Shown here piece by piece: positions 1-11,690 of a DNA stretch of 64,000 bases; the stretch's first letter is position 1; each line of letters starts with the position of its first letter. Both the position numbers and the translations under genes were made by a program. Below the pieces are notes generated by a model, which saw only the letters and a program-made list of their open reading frames with translations, made no database searches and was not told the DNA's origin. This DNA comes from an uncultured Pseudomonadota bacterium (GTDB lineage: Bacteria > Oederibacteriota > Muellerivitia > Muellerivitales > Muellerivitaceae): NCBI GenBank assembly GCA_963770835.1, contig CAVYRH010000019.1:32001-96000 (forward strand), given 5' to 3'.

Positions 1-538
1 TGTCCACGACCTCTTCCTTGCCACCCGCTCGCGTTAAAATCGAACCCTCAAAGGTCTCGGCATCCACTTGTTGCTTGGTCTTATCGTAATCCACCCCGAA
101 AACCGTACCCCTTACGCCCGCTACCACTCCCCCCGCTTCCACCTCAAAGGAGGAATTGGACGTGGTCAACTTCATAACCTTGGCCTTTAATTTCCCCCAT
201 GCCAGGAGAAAACGGGCCTTAAAGTCCTCGCCACCTGTTTCCAATTGGCTCACAGTAACGTCGCTGTCGGGCCCCACTTCGACCACGCCGCCATTTTGGA
301 ATTCCAGGTAGCCTTTACTGTCGTCACCAGTCTTTATTTCATCAGTTTCAACCAAGGGTTCCGGGGGATTCGCCTGGTGCTGGACACCCCCATGCACAAC
401 AAAAACCTTGCCCTGGACCTGGGCGACAAAAAGCTGGACTTTTTGGTTTTGGTCCGCGTCGTCCGCCCGAAGCAGGGAAGAAAAACACGATAGGGTGAAA
501 ATCAAAAACGCCATTCTCATCGTTTTAGTTGAAAACAC
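1..538 (-). CDS. FecR-domain exported protein (3' end runs off the window)
   Basis: Hand translation from GTG 538 after an AAGGGG SD gives a signal peptide, then IKTGDDSKGYLEFQNGGVVEVGPDS...FEVEAGGVVAGVRGTVFGV, a typical FecR pattern. Confidence 0.75.
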   Translation of the reverse strand, partial: MFSTKTMRMAFLIFTLSCFSSLLRADDADQNQKVQLFVAQVQGKVFVVHGGVQHQANPPEPLVETDEIKTGDDSKGYLEFQNGGVVEVGPDSDVTVSQLETGGEDFKARFLLAWGKLKAKVMKLTTSNSSFEVEAGGVVAGVRGTVFGVDYDKTKQQVDAETFEGSILTRAGGKEEVVD

Positions 539-641
539 TGTGACCCCCTTGGAATTTAGGTGGGCTATATCAAACTAGCTTTCAAACCCTTTCTCAAGTT
601 AAATAACCCCCTAAAAACTTTGGTTTTAACGGAGGAAAGCA

Positions 642-727
642 TGCGCCGATTTTCCTTATTGGTGTTAAAGGAATTCGGTGCTATACCGACCTCCTTAATC
701 CCTTTGTGTTCATAGAAGGTCGGCATG
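642..727. mobile_element. Double-hairpin miniature element, copy 1
   Basis: TGCGCCGATTTTCCTT..AAGGAATTCGGTGC-TATACCGACCTCC..GAAGGTCGGCA-TG; homologous to 1211-1296 and 56542-56620. Confidence 0.75.
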
Positions 728-1078
728 CTCCAGTTTTATCACTATCCCAACTGCTCCACCTGCCGAAACGCCGAGAAATGGCTGGTCGGCCGCAAAAAGA
801 CATTAAACTCCATCGACATCACTTTAACCCCGCCCAGCAAGGCGGAACTGAAGAAACACTTGGCTTTGAGCGGAAAGAAAATCACCGACCTGCTTAATAA
901 GAGCGGCGAGCAATACCGCCTCCTGAACATGAAGGAAAAAGTGAAAACCATGACCGAGGACCAGATCCTGGAACTGCTCTCCAAAAACGGGCGGCTCATC
1001 AAAAGGCCCCTGGTGACCGACGGCAAAAAAGCCACGATCGGTTTCAAGCCGGATGATTTCGCCCAAACCTGGGGTTAG
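725..1078 (+). CDS. ArsC/Spx/MgsR-family thioredoxin-fold protein
   Basis: N-terminal YPNCSTCR (CxxC) and C-terminal LIKRPLV motifs, 117 aa. Confidence 0.9.
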   Translation: MLQFYHYPNCSTCRNAEKWLVGRKKTLNSIDITLTPPSKAELKKHLALSGKKITDLLNKSGEQYRLLNMKEKVKTMTEDQILELLSKNGRLIKRPLVTDGKKATIGFKPDDFAQTWG

Positions 1079-1210
1079 GGCTTACTGGGGCCTGCAACCG
1101 CTATTTCTCCTCTTTACCAATGTCTCCAAAAGCCACCCAAACTCTATGATTTGGAACATACCCGCGCGAAATCTCAACTTGCATATTAGTGACCAATTTT
1201 GTATTAGTAG

Positions 1211-1320
1211 TGCGCTGATTTTCCTTAAGGGTGTTAAAGGAATTCAGTGCTATACCGACTTCCTTAATTAGGTTGGCACCATGGAAGGTCGGCATGCGCC
1301 GATTTTATTCCCATCGGCAC
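1211..1320. mobile_element. Double-hairpin miniature element, copy 2, followed by a third short hairpin unit
   Basis: 84 bp TG-to-TG unit (1211-1296), then TGCGCCGAT..ATCGGCAC (1295-1320). Confidence 0.72.
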
Positions 1321-1391
1321 AACGCCAATTTCACCGCGCATTCGCGGCAAAATAACGTTTTTCAGCCGTCAAACTCAGGAAGGATGGAATC

Positions 1392-2459
<1,068 letters not shown>

Positions 2460-2477
2460 ACCATCAACAGCCAAATA

Positions 2478-2514
2478 AAAAGCCCTTGGACCTTAAGGTC
2501 CAAGGGCTTTTTTT
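2478..2514. terminator. Bidirectional intrinsic terminator
   Basis: AAAAGCCCTTGGACCT-TA-AGGTCCAAGGGCTTTTTT between convergent genes. Confidence 0.9.
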
Positions 2515-2548
2515 ATTTCACTTTCCCTCGCAGAAAGTTTAAAACCAT

Positions 2549-3244
2549 CTATTTTTCGACTGTTTTTAACATCTTCCCCGTTGGAACATCGATCCGGCTT
2601 TCGGAGCCGTCGTCAAAGGTAATCTCCGCTTGGTCCTTTTCATTCAAGACCATGAAGGAAATATGGCTTCTCCCACCGCTACCATCCCGTGGGGCGGGAA
2701 CCTTCTTCTCCCACAAGAGCTTTCCCGTCGGCAGGTCATAAGCCCGGACCTTTTGGTGGCCGTAGGTGACGTCACTATCAGCCTCAATGTAATAATCGCC
2801 TTTGATAATGGGCTCCACCCGGGTTCCATTGGTGTAATAAACCGAAGGGTCGTCCTCCCGCTTCTTGAAGCGCTCCACCTTCAGCGAGTCACCCGTGCGG
2901 CGCTCAATAACAAACCAGGTGTCTTGTTCGTTCTCCAAGACGAGGCGGTTTGGCGGGTCCAGGTACATTTTCTTGAGATAAACGTCCTGGCCGTCCTCTT
3001 GCCAGCCAGGTTCCCGCCAGATGCGGTAAAGGTACTTGTCCCAGATTTTCTCGCCCGTGGCCTTCAGGTAGGCCACCACATGCCCTTCCCAATAGGGGTT
3101 CTGGCGGCGGTCCGCAGGTTCGTTGAAAACCACGAACCGGTAGGCCCCGTCGTCCACCGGCGCCAGGACCGGCGGGGGAAGGCGCTTGGACCAAGCCGGG
3201 CCTACCGCGAGCCAACAAACGATCAATAAGAGCGTTTTACGCAA
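2549..3244 (-). CDS. Exported protein with two PQQ/beta-propeller-like repeats
   Basis: Signal peptide; repeated AYLKATGEKIWDK / AYDLPTGKLLWEK. Confidence 0.65.
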   Translation of the reverse strand: MRKTLLLIVCWLAVGPAWSKRLPPPVLAPVDDGAYRFVVFNEPADRRQNPYWEGHVVAYLKATGEKIWDKYLYRIWREPGWQEDGQDVYLKKMYLDPPNRLVLENEQDTWFVIERRTGDSLKVERFKKREDDPSVYYTNGTRVEPIIKGDYYIEADSDVTYGHQKVRAYDLPTGKLLWEKKVPAPRDGSGGRSHISFMVLNEKDQAEITFDDGSESRIDVPTGKMLKTVEK

Positions 3245-3329
3245 CGCAAGCCTCCGGGGCGGAATTGACCCTTATGTTACCCGCACCGGTTTTATAATGC
3301 CAAAGAAACTCTGGGGGAAAGGATTCGTT

Positions 3330-3524
3330 ATGGCAATGGAAGAAGTCATTGTGGTCATCGGCCACCGGGGAGGCGGGCAGATCCTGGGAGTCTTTACCGA
3401 TGGGAACAAGGTTCGGGCCATGAAAGAAATGGTTGATGCGTTCAACGAAAGGGGATACGTGAGTTTCGAGAAGATCAAGGTGGATGAATTTCAATTGAAA
3501 CGTTTCGGGCTTTACTTCAAATAA
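3330..3524 (+). CDS. Small hypothetical protein (64 aa)
   Basis: AAGGA SD before ATG 3330; fills the intergenic gap; protein-like composition. Confidence 0.5.
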   Translation: MAMEEVIVVIGHRGGGQILGVFTDGNKVRAMKEMVDAFNERGYVSFEKIKVDEFQLKRFGLYFK

Positions 3525-3563
3525 CAGTGTCATAGAAAAAGTCAAAATTCCTTCCTGCTTTCC

Positions 3564-6122
3564 TCAATGGACGAGCACTATCCGCTTGACCTTCCGGTCA
3601 TAGGGCTCGATCAGGTAGAAAATGTAAACCCCACTGGCGCAGGCGTCCCCGTATTTGTTCTTCCCGTCCCATTGGTAATTGGCGCTGACGGGAGCGCTTA
3701 AGGTCTGCTCGTCCAAAGTCTTAATGTGCTCCCCCGCCGAGTTATAAATCCTCAATCCATAAAACCCGGGGTAACGGCTGTATTGAACCTGGATGGAAAC
3801 CGGCCCCTGGTCCGGATGAAGGACGTTCTGGGAAACCCAGAAGATGTCCGTAAAAGGCACCGTGGAAGTGGGCGTTGCCGTGATGAAAGCTGTGGCGGTC
3901 GACGTCACGGTGGATGTGAGAGAAGCCGTCGGAGTCATGGAGGCCGTCGCGCTGGGCGTCTTGGAAGCCGTCCAAGTGGGCGTCAGGGTCGGGGTAAAGC
4001 TGGGGGTGCGGGTAGGCGTTGACGTTCCCGTGGATGTCGGGGTGGGACTGGGCGTGGCCGTGGGGGTGGAAGTTGAGGTGGAGGACGGCGAGTAAGTGGC
4101 AGTTGCCGTGGCCGTCCAAGTCGGCGTGGAACTGGGGGTGGATATGGGGGTCGAGGTCGCCGTAGAGGCCAGGGTCAAGGTGGCCGTGGCGCTCGGCGTC
4201 ATCGTGGCCGTTGACGTGGGAGTCGGGGTCGGGGTCCCGGTCGGGCTCAAAGTGGGCGTGGAAGAAGGGGTATAGCTATTAACCGGGGTATCCGTTGCGG
4301 TGGCGGAGGCGGTGGAGGTCGCCGTAAGGGAGGCTGTGCCGGTGGCCGTGCTGGTGGCGGTCACCGTGGGGGACGAAGTGGCGGTGGAAGTGGCTGTGTC
4401 GGTCCCCGTATTGGTCGGCGTGGAAGTGGGCGGCTGGGTCCCGGTTGCGGAGGGGGTGAGGGTGGGTGTCAGGGTGGCGGTGGAGCTGGGCGTCGGGCTG
4501 GGAGTGATGGTCGGCGAAGCCGTGGGTGTATAGGTCGCTGTCCGGGTCGAGGTGGAAGTCGGCGAGGCGGTAGGGGTGGCGGAGGCCGTTAAAGTGGAGG
4601 AGGAGGTGGCGGTGGAGGTTGCCGAAGGGGTCGCCGTCGGGGTCCGGCTGGCGGTGGACGTGGGGCTATTGGTGGGAGTTGGGGTCGCGGTGGAAGTGGA
4701 TGTGGAAACCGGCGTATTAGTAGGAGTAAGGGTGGCCGTGGGTGTGGGGCTGGATGTCGGGGTAAAGCTGGGCGAAGGGGTCGGGCTGGAGGTGGCCGTC
4801 GGGGTCGGGGTTTTGGTCGCAGTATTGGTGGCCGTGGCCGTCGGGGTGCCCGTGGGGGTGTTTGACGGCGTCGATGTCAAAGTAAAACTGGCCGTGGAAG
4901 TGGACGTATTGGTGGGCGAGCTTGTGGGTGTTTTGGTCGGGGTGCTCGTCGGCGTGCTGTTAACCGTGGGGGTGTAAGTCGGGGTGGAAGTAGCAGTCCG
5001 GGTGGCGGTGCTGGTGGGAGTGGAGGTAGGCGGACAGAGAAGGGTCACCGAAACCGTGTTGGAAACAGCCGTGACCGGGATGGTGTTGTAAACCATGGAA
5101 GCCTTGTTGGGGGCCACGTAACAATAGTTGGAAGGCTGGATGGAATAATCGATCAACTCGAAAGTGACCGGCACGCAGGCGTCGTAGGGCATTCCGTTCC
5201 CCAGAGTGATGGTCAAGGCGCCCGATCCGGACGCGAAGGCGATTCCCGCCGCGCTTTGGGGGGTGACCAGGTTCCCGTCGTAGTTGTACCCAAAATTGGG
5301 GTCCAAATTATCGATGATGGTCACCGGGTGGGGGATGCCCTGCCCTGTGTTGCAGATGTTCAAGGAATAAGTAACTGGGACGCTTTGGCCGATGTAAGTG
5401 ACGGGCCCCAGGACCGCCTTGGTGAGGGTGATATCCGGCGTGGGAAGGGGGGTGGGGATGGTCATGGTGAAGGATTGCCGGAAAAACTCCGCGCAGGAGG
5501 AGCTGGCCGCCGAGGCCGAAGGGTCCCAGGACAGGAATGGCAGGATATTGCCCGTGTAGGTATCGGTGACGGGAACGTCGGGCTCGTCCAGCATGGTGGC
5601 GGAAGGGACGGTGATGGCCGGCCCCCAGGCCCCCGATGGGATTCCCGCCGGATCGTACCAGTTGCCGCTAATCATGGGCGGCGTGGTGCTTCCCGAGCAG
5701 GCGTTGTACCACAAGGAAACCCCGCCTGAGTCCGAGGCGATGTCGATCGTCTGGCCGCTGGAACAGCCGATCTGGAGGCTCCAGGCCGCCAGCATGATGT
5801 TGGCCTGGACGTTTTGGTCGTAGAGCGCCAGGACGTTGTTGGCGGTGGTGGTGAGCGCCCCGGCCAGGCTGTTGAAGGTGGCGCCCGTCGCCGTATAGCA
5901 GGGCACCCCGTTGGACGTGGACTGGGACAGGTTGAACGTCACGGGGATCTGGATGCCGTCGATATAAGCCACCCCCCAGTCGTCCACGTTCGCGCAAAGC
6001 TGGACGCTGGTCGGGTTGCAGGTCTGGGAAGCGGCCGGCGGAACGGCGGAAAGGAAAAACAAGGCCGCCCCAATCCAAACAGCGGCATCCATGCGTTTAA
6101 AAATGTTTTGAGGTAGCGTCAC
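3564..6122 (-). CDS. Secreted protein: jelly-roll + DUF11-like + long Thr/Pro/Ser linker + conserved C-terminal FlgD/T9SS-like domain
   Basis: Signal peptide; ~390 aa T/P/S tract; tail [33 protein letters not shown]. Confidence 0.85.
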   Translation of the reverse strand: MTLPQNIFKRMDAAVWIGAALFFLSAVPPAASQTCNPTSVQLCANVDDWGVAYIDGIQIPVTFNLSQSTSNGVPCYTATGATFNSLAGALTTTANNVLALYDQNVQANIMLAAWSLQIGCSSGQTIDIASDSGGVSLWYNACSGSTTPPMISGNWYDPAGIPSGAWGPAITVPSATMLDEPDVPVTDTYTGNILPFLSWDPSASAASSSCAEFFRQSFTMTIPTPLPTPDITLTKAVLGPVTYIGQSVPVTYSLNICNTGQGIPHPVTIIDNLDPNFGYNYDGNLVTPQSAAGIAFASGSGALTITLGNGMPYDACVPVTFELIDYSIQPSNYCYVAPNKASMVYNTIPVTAVSNTVSVTLLCPPTSTPTSTATRTATSTPTYTPTVNSTPTSTPTKTPTSSPTNTSTSTASFTLTSTPSNTPTGTPTATATNTATKTPTPTATSSPTPSPSFTPTSSPTPTATLTPTNTPVSTSTSTATPTPTNSPTSTASRTPTATPSATSTATSSSTLTASATPTASPTSTSTRTATYTPTASPTITPSPTPSSTATLTPTLTPSATGTQPPTSTPTNTGTDTATSTATSSPTVTATSTATGTASLTATSTASATATDTPVNSYTPSSTPTLSPTGTPTPTPTSTATMTPSATATLTLASTATSTPISTPSSTPTWTATATATYSPSSTSTSTPTATPSPTPTSTGTSTPTRTPSFTPTLTPTWTASKTPSATASMTPTASLTSTVTSTATAFITATPTSTVPFTDIFWVSQNVLHPDQGPVSIQVQYSRYPGFYGLRIYNSAGEHIKTLDEQTLSAPVSANYQWDGKNKYGDACASGVYIFYLIEPYDRKVKRIVLVH

Positions 6123-6183
6123 GGTCGGCTCCCCTTGAGGGCTCGGTCAATTATCATCTTTTCTCCGGAATGCCTTTATGATC

Positions 6184-9100
6184 TCAATGAATGAGGATGA
6201 TCCGTTTTGCTTTTTGCGAAAAAGGTTCGATTAAATAGAAAATGTAAACCCCACTCGCGCAGGTATCCCCGTATTTGTTCTTCCCGTCCCATTGGTAGTT
6301 CATGCTGATGGGCGCGCTCAAATTGCCCTCGTCCAGGGTTTTGATGTGTTCTCCCACCGAATTGTAGATCCTCAGTTCATAAGGCCCGGGATAGAGGCTG
6401 TATTGCACCTGGATGGAAACCGATTCCTGCGGCGGATGGAAGAGGTTTTGGGAAACCGTGAAAATGTCCGTGATGGGCACCGTGGCCGTGGGGGTCAAAG
6501 TGATCGAGGAAGTCGGCGAGGCCGTCCAGGTCGAGGTGGGTATCCCTGTTGGGGTAGAGGTAGGGCTGGCCGTCGGCGTCTTGGTAGCCGTCCATGTGGG
6601 CGTCGGGGTCGGGGTGAGGCTGGGGGTTGCCGTGGGAGAGAGCGTGGTGGTGAAAGTGGGCGTCAGGGTGGGAGTGGCCGTTGCGGTGAGGGTGGCCGTC
6701 GAGGTCGCCGTCCAGCTTGCGGTGGGGGTCGGGCTCATCGTCGGGGTTCCGGTGGGAGTGGAAATCGGGGTTGCCGTCGGGCTCAAGCTGGGGGTCCAGG
6801 TGGGCGTCAAGGTGTTGACCGCAGTGGCGGTAGCCGTTGCGGTGGGCGTCAAGGTGGCCGTATTGGCTCCCGTGGCGGTGGCGGTGAAGCTGGCCGTTAG
6901 GGTGGGGCTATTCGTGGGTGAAAAACTGGGACTATTGGTGGCTGTCAAGGTGGGAGAGGAGCTGGAAGTGGGAGTCACGGTGAGGAAGGGTGTGAGGGTG
7001 GCGGAACTGGTGGCCGTCTGAGTCGGCGATGAAGTGGGGGTGGAAGTCGGCGGCAAAGTTCCGGTCGAACTGGGCGTGTTGGTGGCGGTGATCGTTGGGG
7101 TGGGGCTGGGGGTCCCGGTAGGCGTCCGGCTTGCGGTAAAGGACGGCGTAGCTGTCATCGAACTGGTCGGGGAAGCCGTCACACTGGCGGTGGGTGAAAA
7201 GGTGGGAGTGGCGGAGGGGGTTGCCGTCGCGGTCCGGCTCGAAGTGGGAGAAGGGCTGTTCGTTGGGGTGGAAGTCGCGGTGGAAGTGGGGGTATTGGCC
7301 GTGGTGTTGGTGGGGGTGAAGCTTGCGGTCAAACTGGGGGTCGGCGTAGGGGTCCAGCTGGCGGTCGGCGTTGGAGTCCAGGTGGGGGACGCGGTGGGGC
7401 TGAAGGTGGGAGTCAGGGTGGGTGAAAAAGTAGGGCTGGGCGTGGGCGTGAAGGTCGGGGTCATCGTGGGCGAATAGGTCGGGCTATAAGTGGGTGTCAT
7501 GGTGGGGCTGGCGGTTGGCGACTTGGTCGGGGTCGCGGTGGGGGTGGCCGTCACCCCGCTGACGGTCACATAAGCCGCCAGGGAGGTTTCCAGTACCCGG
7601 TTCAGTCCCGACAGGGTCGCCGTGTTGGGGATGACGGTTCCCCCGCCCGCCGTCACCTGGGCCACCCAGGTTTCAGTCACGCTGGCGCCCGGGGCCACGT
7701 TGCCCAGGTTCCAGGTGATGGGCGGCATGTTGGCGCCGCCGCCCGAGGCCGAGGTGAAAGTCTCCCCTGCGGGCACGGTATCCGTGACAACCACGCCCGT
7801 GGCCCAATCGTCCGAAAGAATGAAATTACTGAACTGTGTGCCCGTGGCGGTGGCATCCACGCCGAAGTAACCCGGTCCCGCGATCGTGGCGTCGGTTTCG
7901 GACAGCACCTGATTATAGGGGCCTCCGTTGGTGGAGACATAAATGGTGAAACTGCTCCCGTTGAGCATCGCCTCGACGTTGATGGGCCCGGGTAGTCCGG
8001 CGGTCCCGTTGTTGGGCGCAACAAAATTGCCGACCCCCGTGGCCCCGCCCACCGTGGTAAAAGACGACCCGCCATTGGTGGTGTAAAGCAACGCGATTTG
8101 GGCTGCGCTGGGGTAGGTGTTGCCGTTGATCCAGAGGTAATAAAAACTATTCCCGTTTTGGCGCAGGATGGCGCCTGCCGGCTGGTAGGCGGGTTCATAG
8201 ACGGTGAAATTCAAAGTTCCGTTGGTTCCATAGGCCCCGCTGTTGACGATTCCGCTGGGGCCGTAATTATTCAGGTTCAGGTCGCCTCCCGAGAGCCCCC
8301 AGTTGGAAAGCGCCAGGGACCCGGCCACCGTCGTCCATCCGCTTAAAGTTCCGGCCGCGAAGTTGGCCGTGAAAAGCCCCGGGTGCTGGTTGGTGTAGAT
8401 GAGGGTGTAGGTCACCGGGCTGCCCGATGAAACCGAGGTGGGGTTGGCGGTTTTCACGATCTCTGCCGGGGTCGGCGTGGCCGTGGGCATGGGTGTGCAG
8501 GCCACGCTGACGGCCGCCGAATTGGAATCCGCGGTTTTTTCCTTGCCGTTCAGGTCCGTGAGGATTGCCGAGTTGGGGATCGAGGAGCAGGTGGCGGCGT
8601 TGCTCTTGACCACCGCCCAATAGGTCACCGTTCCCGACTCGGTGGCCATCAGGTCCGGCCAGGTCCAGGAAACGGTGTTGGTTCCGGTGTTGTAGGCCGT
8701 GACGGCGTCGCAGGGGGCGCCCACGAAGCCTCCGAAGGTGAGGTTGGAATTCAGGCTGTCGGTCAGCTGGGCGTTGATGTCCCGGCCGTAATAGGGGGCG
8801 TTGCCCGAAACCACGCGCCAGGTATAGCCGTCGTATTCCTCCACCAAAAGGTTGGTGACCGCGTTGGAGCCCCCCTGGTTGCAGGGGTCGGCGTAGCCGC
8901 CCGGGTCGGTAAGCGCGGTCTTGATGTCGACGTAGTCGTCGCCCGCATAGGACGCGCAGGAATTGGCGAGGGGGCCCGCGTTGTAGCTCCAGTCGGCGGT
9001 GTTGTTGCGCGTGGCATCGTTGGATTCGTAAAGGTTGACCTGGGTCAGCACCTGTCCGCCCCAGCCGCTCCATTGCTGGATTAGGTAACGGTCCGGCAGG

Positions 9101-11376
9101 AGGCCCGAACTGGTGAAGGTGGTGGCCCCGTTCCAGGTGAGGATGACCTTCTGGTTGTAGCCCGGCCCCGGCACCATGGGGGAATCGGTGACGAGGTAAC
9201 CGCCGGAGGTGTCATAGATGGTTTGCGGCGTCCAGGGATTGCCCGTGCTCCCGCACATGTTCACCCCTGCGTTGGAGGAATTGAGGAAATAGGAAACCCG
9301 GTAGTCCTTCAGGTTGATGTCCTCGTAGGATTCGTTCAGGATCTGGTAATCGGTGCTGACATAGGGGGCGGCTGCGGAGCTGGAGGCGGCGGTGGTGTTG
9401 AACTGCACGAAGACCTGGGGCCGGGCGCGGCCCAGGCGCTCGTGGGAGGCGTTCTTGTAGGTGAGGGTGTAGGTCACCGTGTCGCCCGGGTTGACCGTGG
9501 AGACGTTGGCGGACTTTGCGGTTTGCAGGGCGCAGTCCACCACGTCCACGTAGTTCGTCTTGTAGGTGCTGGAGGCCGTGTCCGGGTAGGCGGTGGAATC
9601 GGCCGAAACGCCCGAGGAGGGCACGGCCGAGACCGGGTTGATGACGGTCTGGCCCGAGGTGGCGGTCCCGGCGATCTGCAGTTGCACCGTGATGGTGGCT
9701 GGCGTGTTGGGGGCCACGTTGGAGACCACCCAGGTCAGGCTGCTACCCGAATTGACGGCCGAAGGCGAGGAGGAAACATAGGTGGCGTTGGCGGGGATCG
9801 GGTCGGTGATCGTCACGCTGGCGGCCGTGGCGGCCCCCACGTTCTTGTAGACGAGGGTGTAGTTGAGGGTGTCCCCGGGACAGCCGAAGGTCTTGTTCAC
9901 GTCCTCGGAGACCTTCATCACGGCCTCGTTCCACTGGTTGTCGCAGGGCCAGGGGAAATTGCCCGTATTGATGAGAAGCCCCAGGATGTCCAGGTCGTTG
10001 TTGTAGTAGATAAGCGAGGTCGGGGCGTAGTTGGAACCCGCCGCCTGCTGGACGAACTGGTAGGTGGAATCCAGCCGGTAGGTTTGGTTGACCCAGGTCT
10101 GGTCGTCGGAGGCCGTGGCCACCGCCGCCATGGTGCCCATGCCCCACTGGCTGGGGAGGCCCGCCCCCCAGGTGCCGTTGGTGTTCCATTGTTGGGCGAT
10201 GTTCCAAACCTTGTCCGCGTTGCTTAAAACCACCACGTTGTTGTTTTTAAGCGAATTATTGGTGTTGGTGACGAAATTCTGCAGGGTATTGTTGCCGTTG
10301 TAGACCACGTCCATCACATAGCGCCAGGGTCCCCGCATGCCTTCCGAGCTGGCGGTGGCGCCCCCATAAGCGAAGCCCGTGGGTGGATTGGTGGTGGAGG
10401 CCCCGGTCAACTGGATATTGTCCGCGTTGAACCCGTGGTTCCCCGCCGCCGCGTCCGCGGCCACCAGGGCGGTGGCCGTGTTGTTGGCGACGTTGGTCCA
10501 GTCCGCGCCCGTCGTTCCCCGGTTGGGATAAGTAACACCGGAGTAGGTGCTGCCCCAGCAGCGGTAGTAGCCCGGGTCCCAGTAATCGGCGTAGACGTTG
10601 CTGGAGACGCCGTTGATGTTGAAGGTGTCGCCGCTGGTGTAGTAATTCCACATGTCCACGTCCCGGTACCAGGGGGCGGCCGGGCTGCTGGCGGGAATGG
10701 TGCCCGTGTCCAGCATGGCCTGGATCATGGTCTGGGCCTCCCCGCAATAGTTGATGACCCCCGTGGAGGGCCACTGTTTGCATGCGATCAAGAGCGCCAT
10801 GGCGATGTCTTCATCGCCGTCCCCCGCCGAGTCGCAGCCCGTGATGCCGAAAGGGGCGGTCATGGAGGTCTCCCAGGCCGGCAGGTAGGCCGTGAACCCG
10901 TCGCAGGAGTTGTTCTGCATGTTCATGTGGGTCAGCACATATTCATAGAGGCCGTCGAAAAGGGGTTTGTCGGCGAAGGAGGCGGCGATGAGCATGGAAT
11001 AACCCATGCTCTCGGTGAGGGCGTGGTGGTTGTTGCCGCCGTTGTTCAACGCGAAATTGGCGATCACGGGGATACCGTTGACCGTCTCGCCCGTGTACTC
11101 AACCTCCGAGCCGATGTAGAGGTCGTAATATTGCTGCCACATGGCGTTCATGTCCGAATTGCTCACGCCCTCGGGTGACGCGATCAATCCGTTGGGAAGC
11201 TGGAGGTATTCCCCGAAGGGATGGGCCGGATTGCCGCTGTTGATGTTGCCGTTGGGATAGACCGCGCCGTACATGGTGCCATAGGCCTGGCCCCAGGCTT
11301 TAAAAGCGCTTTCATTAAAGAGCAAAAGGAAAAAAAGCGAGAAGAGGATGTATGAGCTGGATCGTATTCGGGACAA
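6184..11376 (-). CDS. Secreted multidomain GH8 glycoside hydrolase (GH8 + DUF11 + CBM3-like + Thr/Pro linker + C-terminal domain)
   Basis: TESMGYSML and [20 protein letters not shown] (GH8 signature); [17 protein letters not shown]11 repeats; conserved tail. Confidence 0.85.
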   Translation of the reverse strand: MSRIRSSSYILFSLFFLLLFNESAFKAWGQAYGTMYGAVYPNGNINSGNPAHPFGEYLQLPNGLIASPEGVSNSDMNAMWQQYYDLYIGSEVEYTGETVNGIPVIANFALNNGGNNHHALTESMGYSMLIAASFADKPLFDGLYEYVLTHMNMQNNSCDGFTAYLPAWETSMTAPFGITGCDSAGDGDEDIAMALLIACKQWPSTGVINYCGEAQTMIQAMLDTGTIPASSPAAPWYRDVDMWNYYTSGDTFNINGVSSNVYADYWDPGYYRCWGSTYSGVTYPNRGTTGADWTNVANNTATALVAADAAAGNHGFNADNIQLTGASTTNPPTGFAYGGATASSEGMRGPWRYVMDVVYNGNNTLQNFVTNTNNSLKNNNVVVLSNADKVWNIAQQWNTNGTWGAGLPSQWGMGTMAAVATASDDQTWVNQTYRLDSTYQFVQQAAGSNYAPTSLIYYNNDLDILGLLINTGNFPWPCDNQWNEAVMKVSEDVNKTFGCPGDTLNYTLVYKNVGAATAASVTITDPIPANATYVSSSPSAVNSGSSLTWVVSNVAPNTPATITVQLQIAGTATSGQTVINPVSAVPSSGVSADSTAYPDTASSTYKTNYVDVVDCALQTAKSANVSTVNPGDTVTYTLTYKNASHERLGRARPQVFVQFNTTAASSSAAAPYVSTDYQILNESYEDINLKDYRVSYFLNSSNAGVNMCGSTGNPWTPQTIYDTSGGYLVTDSPMVPGPGYNQKVILTWNGATTFTSSGLLPDRYLIQQWSGWGGQVLTQVNLYESNDATRNNTADWSYNAGPLANSCASYAGDDYVDIKTALTDPGGYADPCNQGGSNAVTNLLVEEYDGYTWRVVSGNAPYYGRDINAQLTDSLNSNLTFGGFVGAPCDAVTAYNTGTNTVSWTWPDLMATESGTVTYWAVVKSNAATCSSIPNSAILTDLNGKEKTADSNSAAVSVACTPMPTATPTPAEIVKTANPTSVSSGSPVTYTLIYTNQHPGLFTANFAAGTLSGWTTVAGSLALSNWGLSGGDLNLNNYGPSGIVNSGAYGTNGTLNFTVYEPAYQPAGAILRQNGNSFYYLWINGNTYPSAAQIALLYTTNGGSSFTTVGGATGVGNFVAPNNGTAGLPGPINVEAMLNGSSFTIYVSTNGGPYNQVLSETDATIAGPGYFGVDATATGTQFSNFILSDDWATGVVVTDTVPAGETFTSASGGGANMPPITWNLGNVAPGASVTETWVAQVTAGGGTVIPNTATLSGLNRVLETSLAAYVTVSGVTATPTATPTKSPTASPTMTPTYSPTYSPTMTPTFTPTPSPTFSPTLTPTFSPTASPTWTPTPTASWTPTPTPSLTASFTPTNTTANTPTSTATSTPTNSPSPTSSRTATATPSATPTFSPTASVTASPTSSMTATPSFTASRTPTGTPSPTPTITATNTPSSTGTLPPTSTPTSSPTQTATSSATLTPFLTVTPTSSSSPTLTATNSPSFSPTNSPTLTASFTATATGANTATLTPTATATATAVNTLTPTWTPSLSPTATPISTPTGTPTMSPTPTASWTATSTATLTATATPTLTPTFTTTLSPTATPSLTPTPTPTWTATKTPTASPTSTPTGIPTSTWTASPTSSITLTPTATVPITDIFTVSQNLFHPPQESVSIQVQYSLYPGPYELRIYNSVGEHIKTLDEGNLSAPISMNYQWDGKNKYGDTCASGVYIFYLIEPFSQKAKRIILIH

Positions 11377-11690
11377 AATATTTTTCCCTTTGATAGGCTG
11401 GCCGTAACAAGCCGCATATTGTAACGAGCAATTTCCACACCAGGTATGATTTGCTGGATAAAAAAAACAGGTTTTGGCTTTTACGTTTAGCGAAAAACTT
11501 CAAAGGATAAATATTTTTGTTACGGTTGATATGAACCGGGGTTGAAGTAAAACCCCGGGGAGTATTTTTTTTGGAAGCCGTTTTGTTTCTTTTTTTACGA
11601 TTTCGAAAAATTACGGACAGAGAATTCAAGAAATAATTTTCAGGAGTTCCAAGAAACGGCTTTGGCGGAAGGAAGCTTGCTACGTGAAAA

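Noticed and set aside
642..727. Double hairpin as a known riboswitch or IS110 bridge RNA
   Set aside because: No recognisable aptamer consensus; copy 3 is not in a 5' leader and interrupts another repeat; it is short and has no recombinase adjacent
641..727. TAG 713 readthrough giving an N-terminally extended protein
   Set aside because: TAG serves as a normal stop elsewhere in the window (e.g. mutY, glxK), and the family normally starts at the 725 position
642..1320. Repeated hairpin units as a CRISPR array
   Set aside because: The copies are dispersed, there is no regular repeat-spacer period, and no cas genes are present
3844..7477. Val/Gly/Ala-rich plus-strand ORFs (also near 34454, 36226 and 63285 minus)
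   Set aside because: They are antisense shadows of Thr/Pro/Ser codon repeats in real genes
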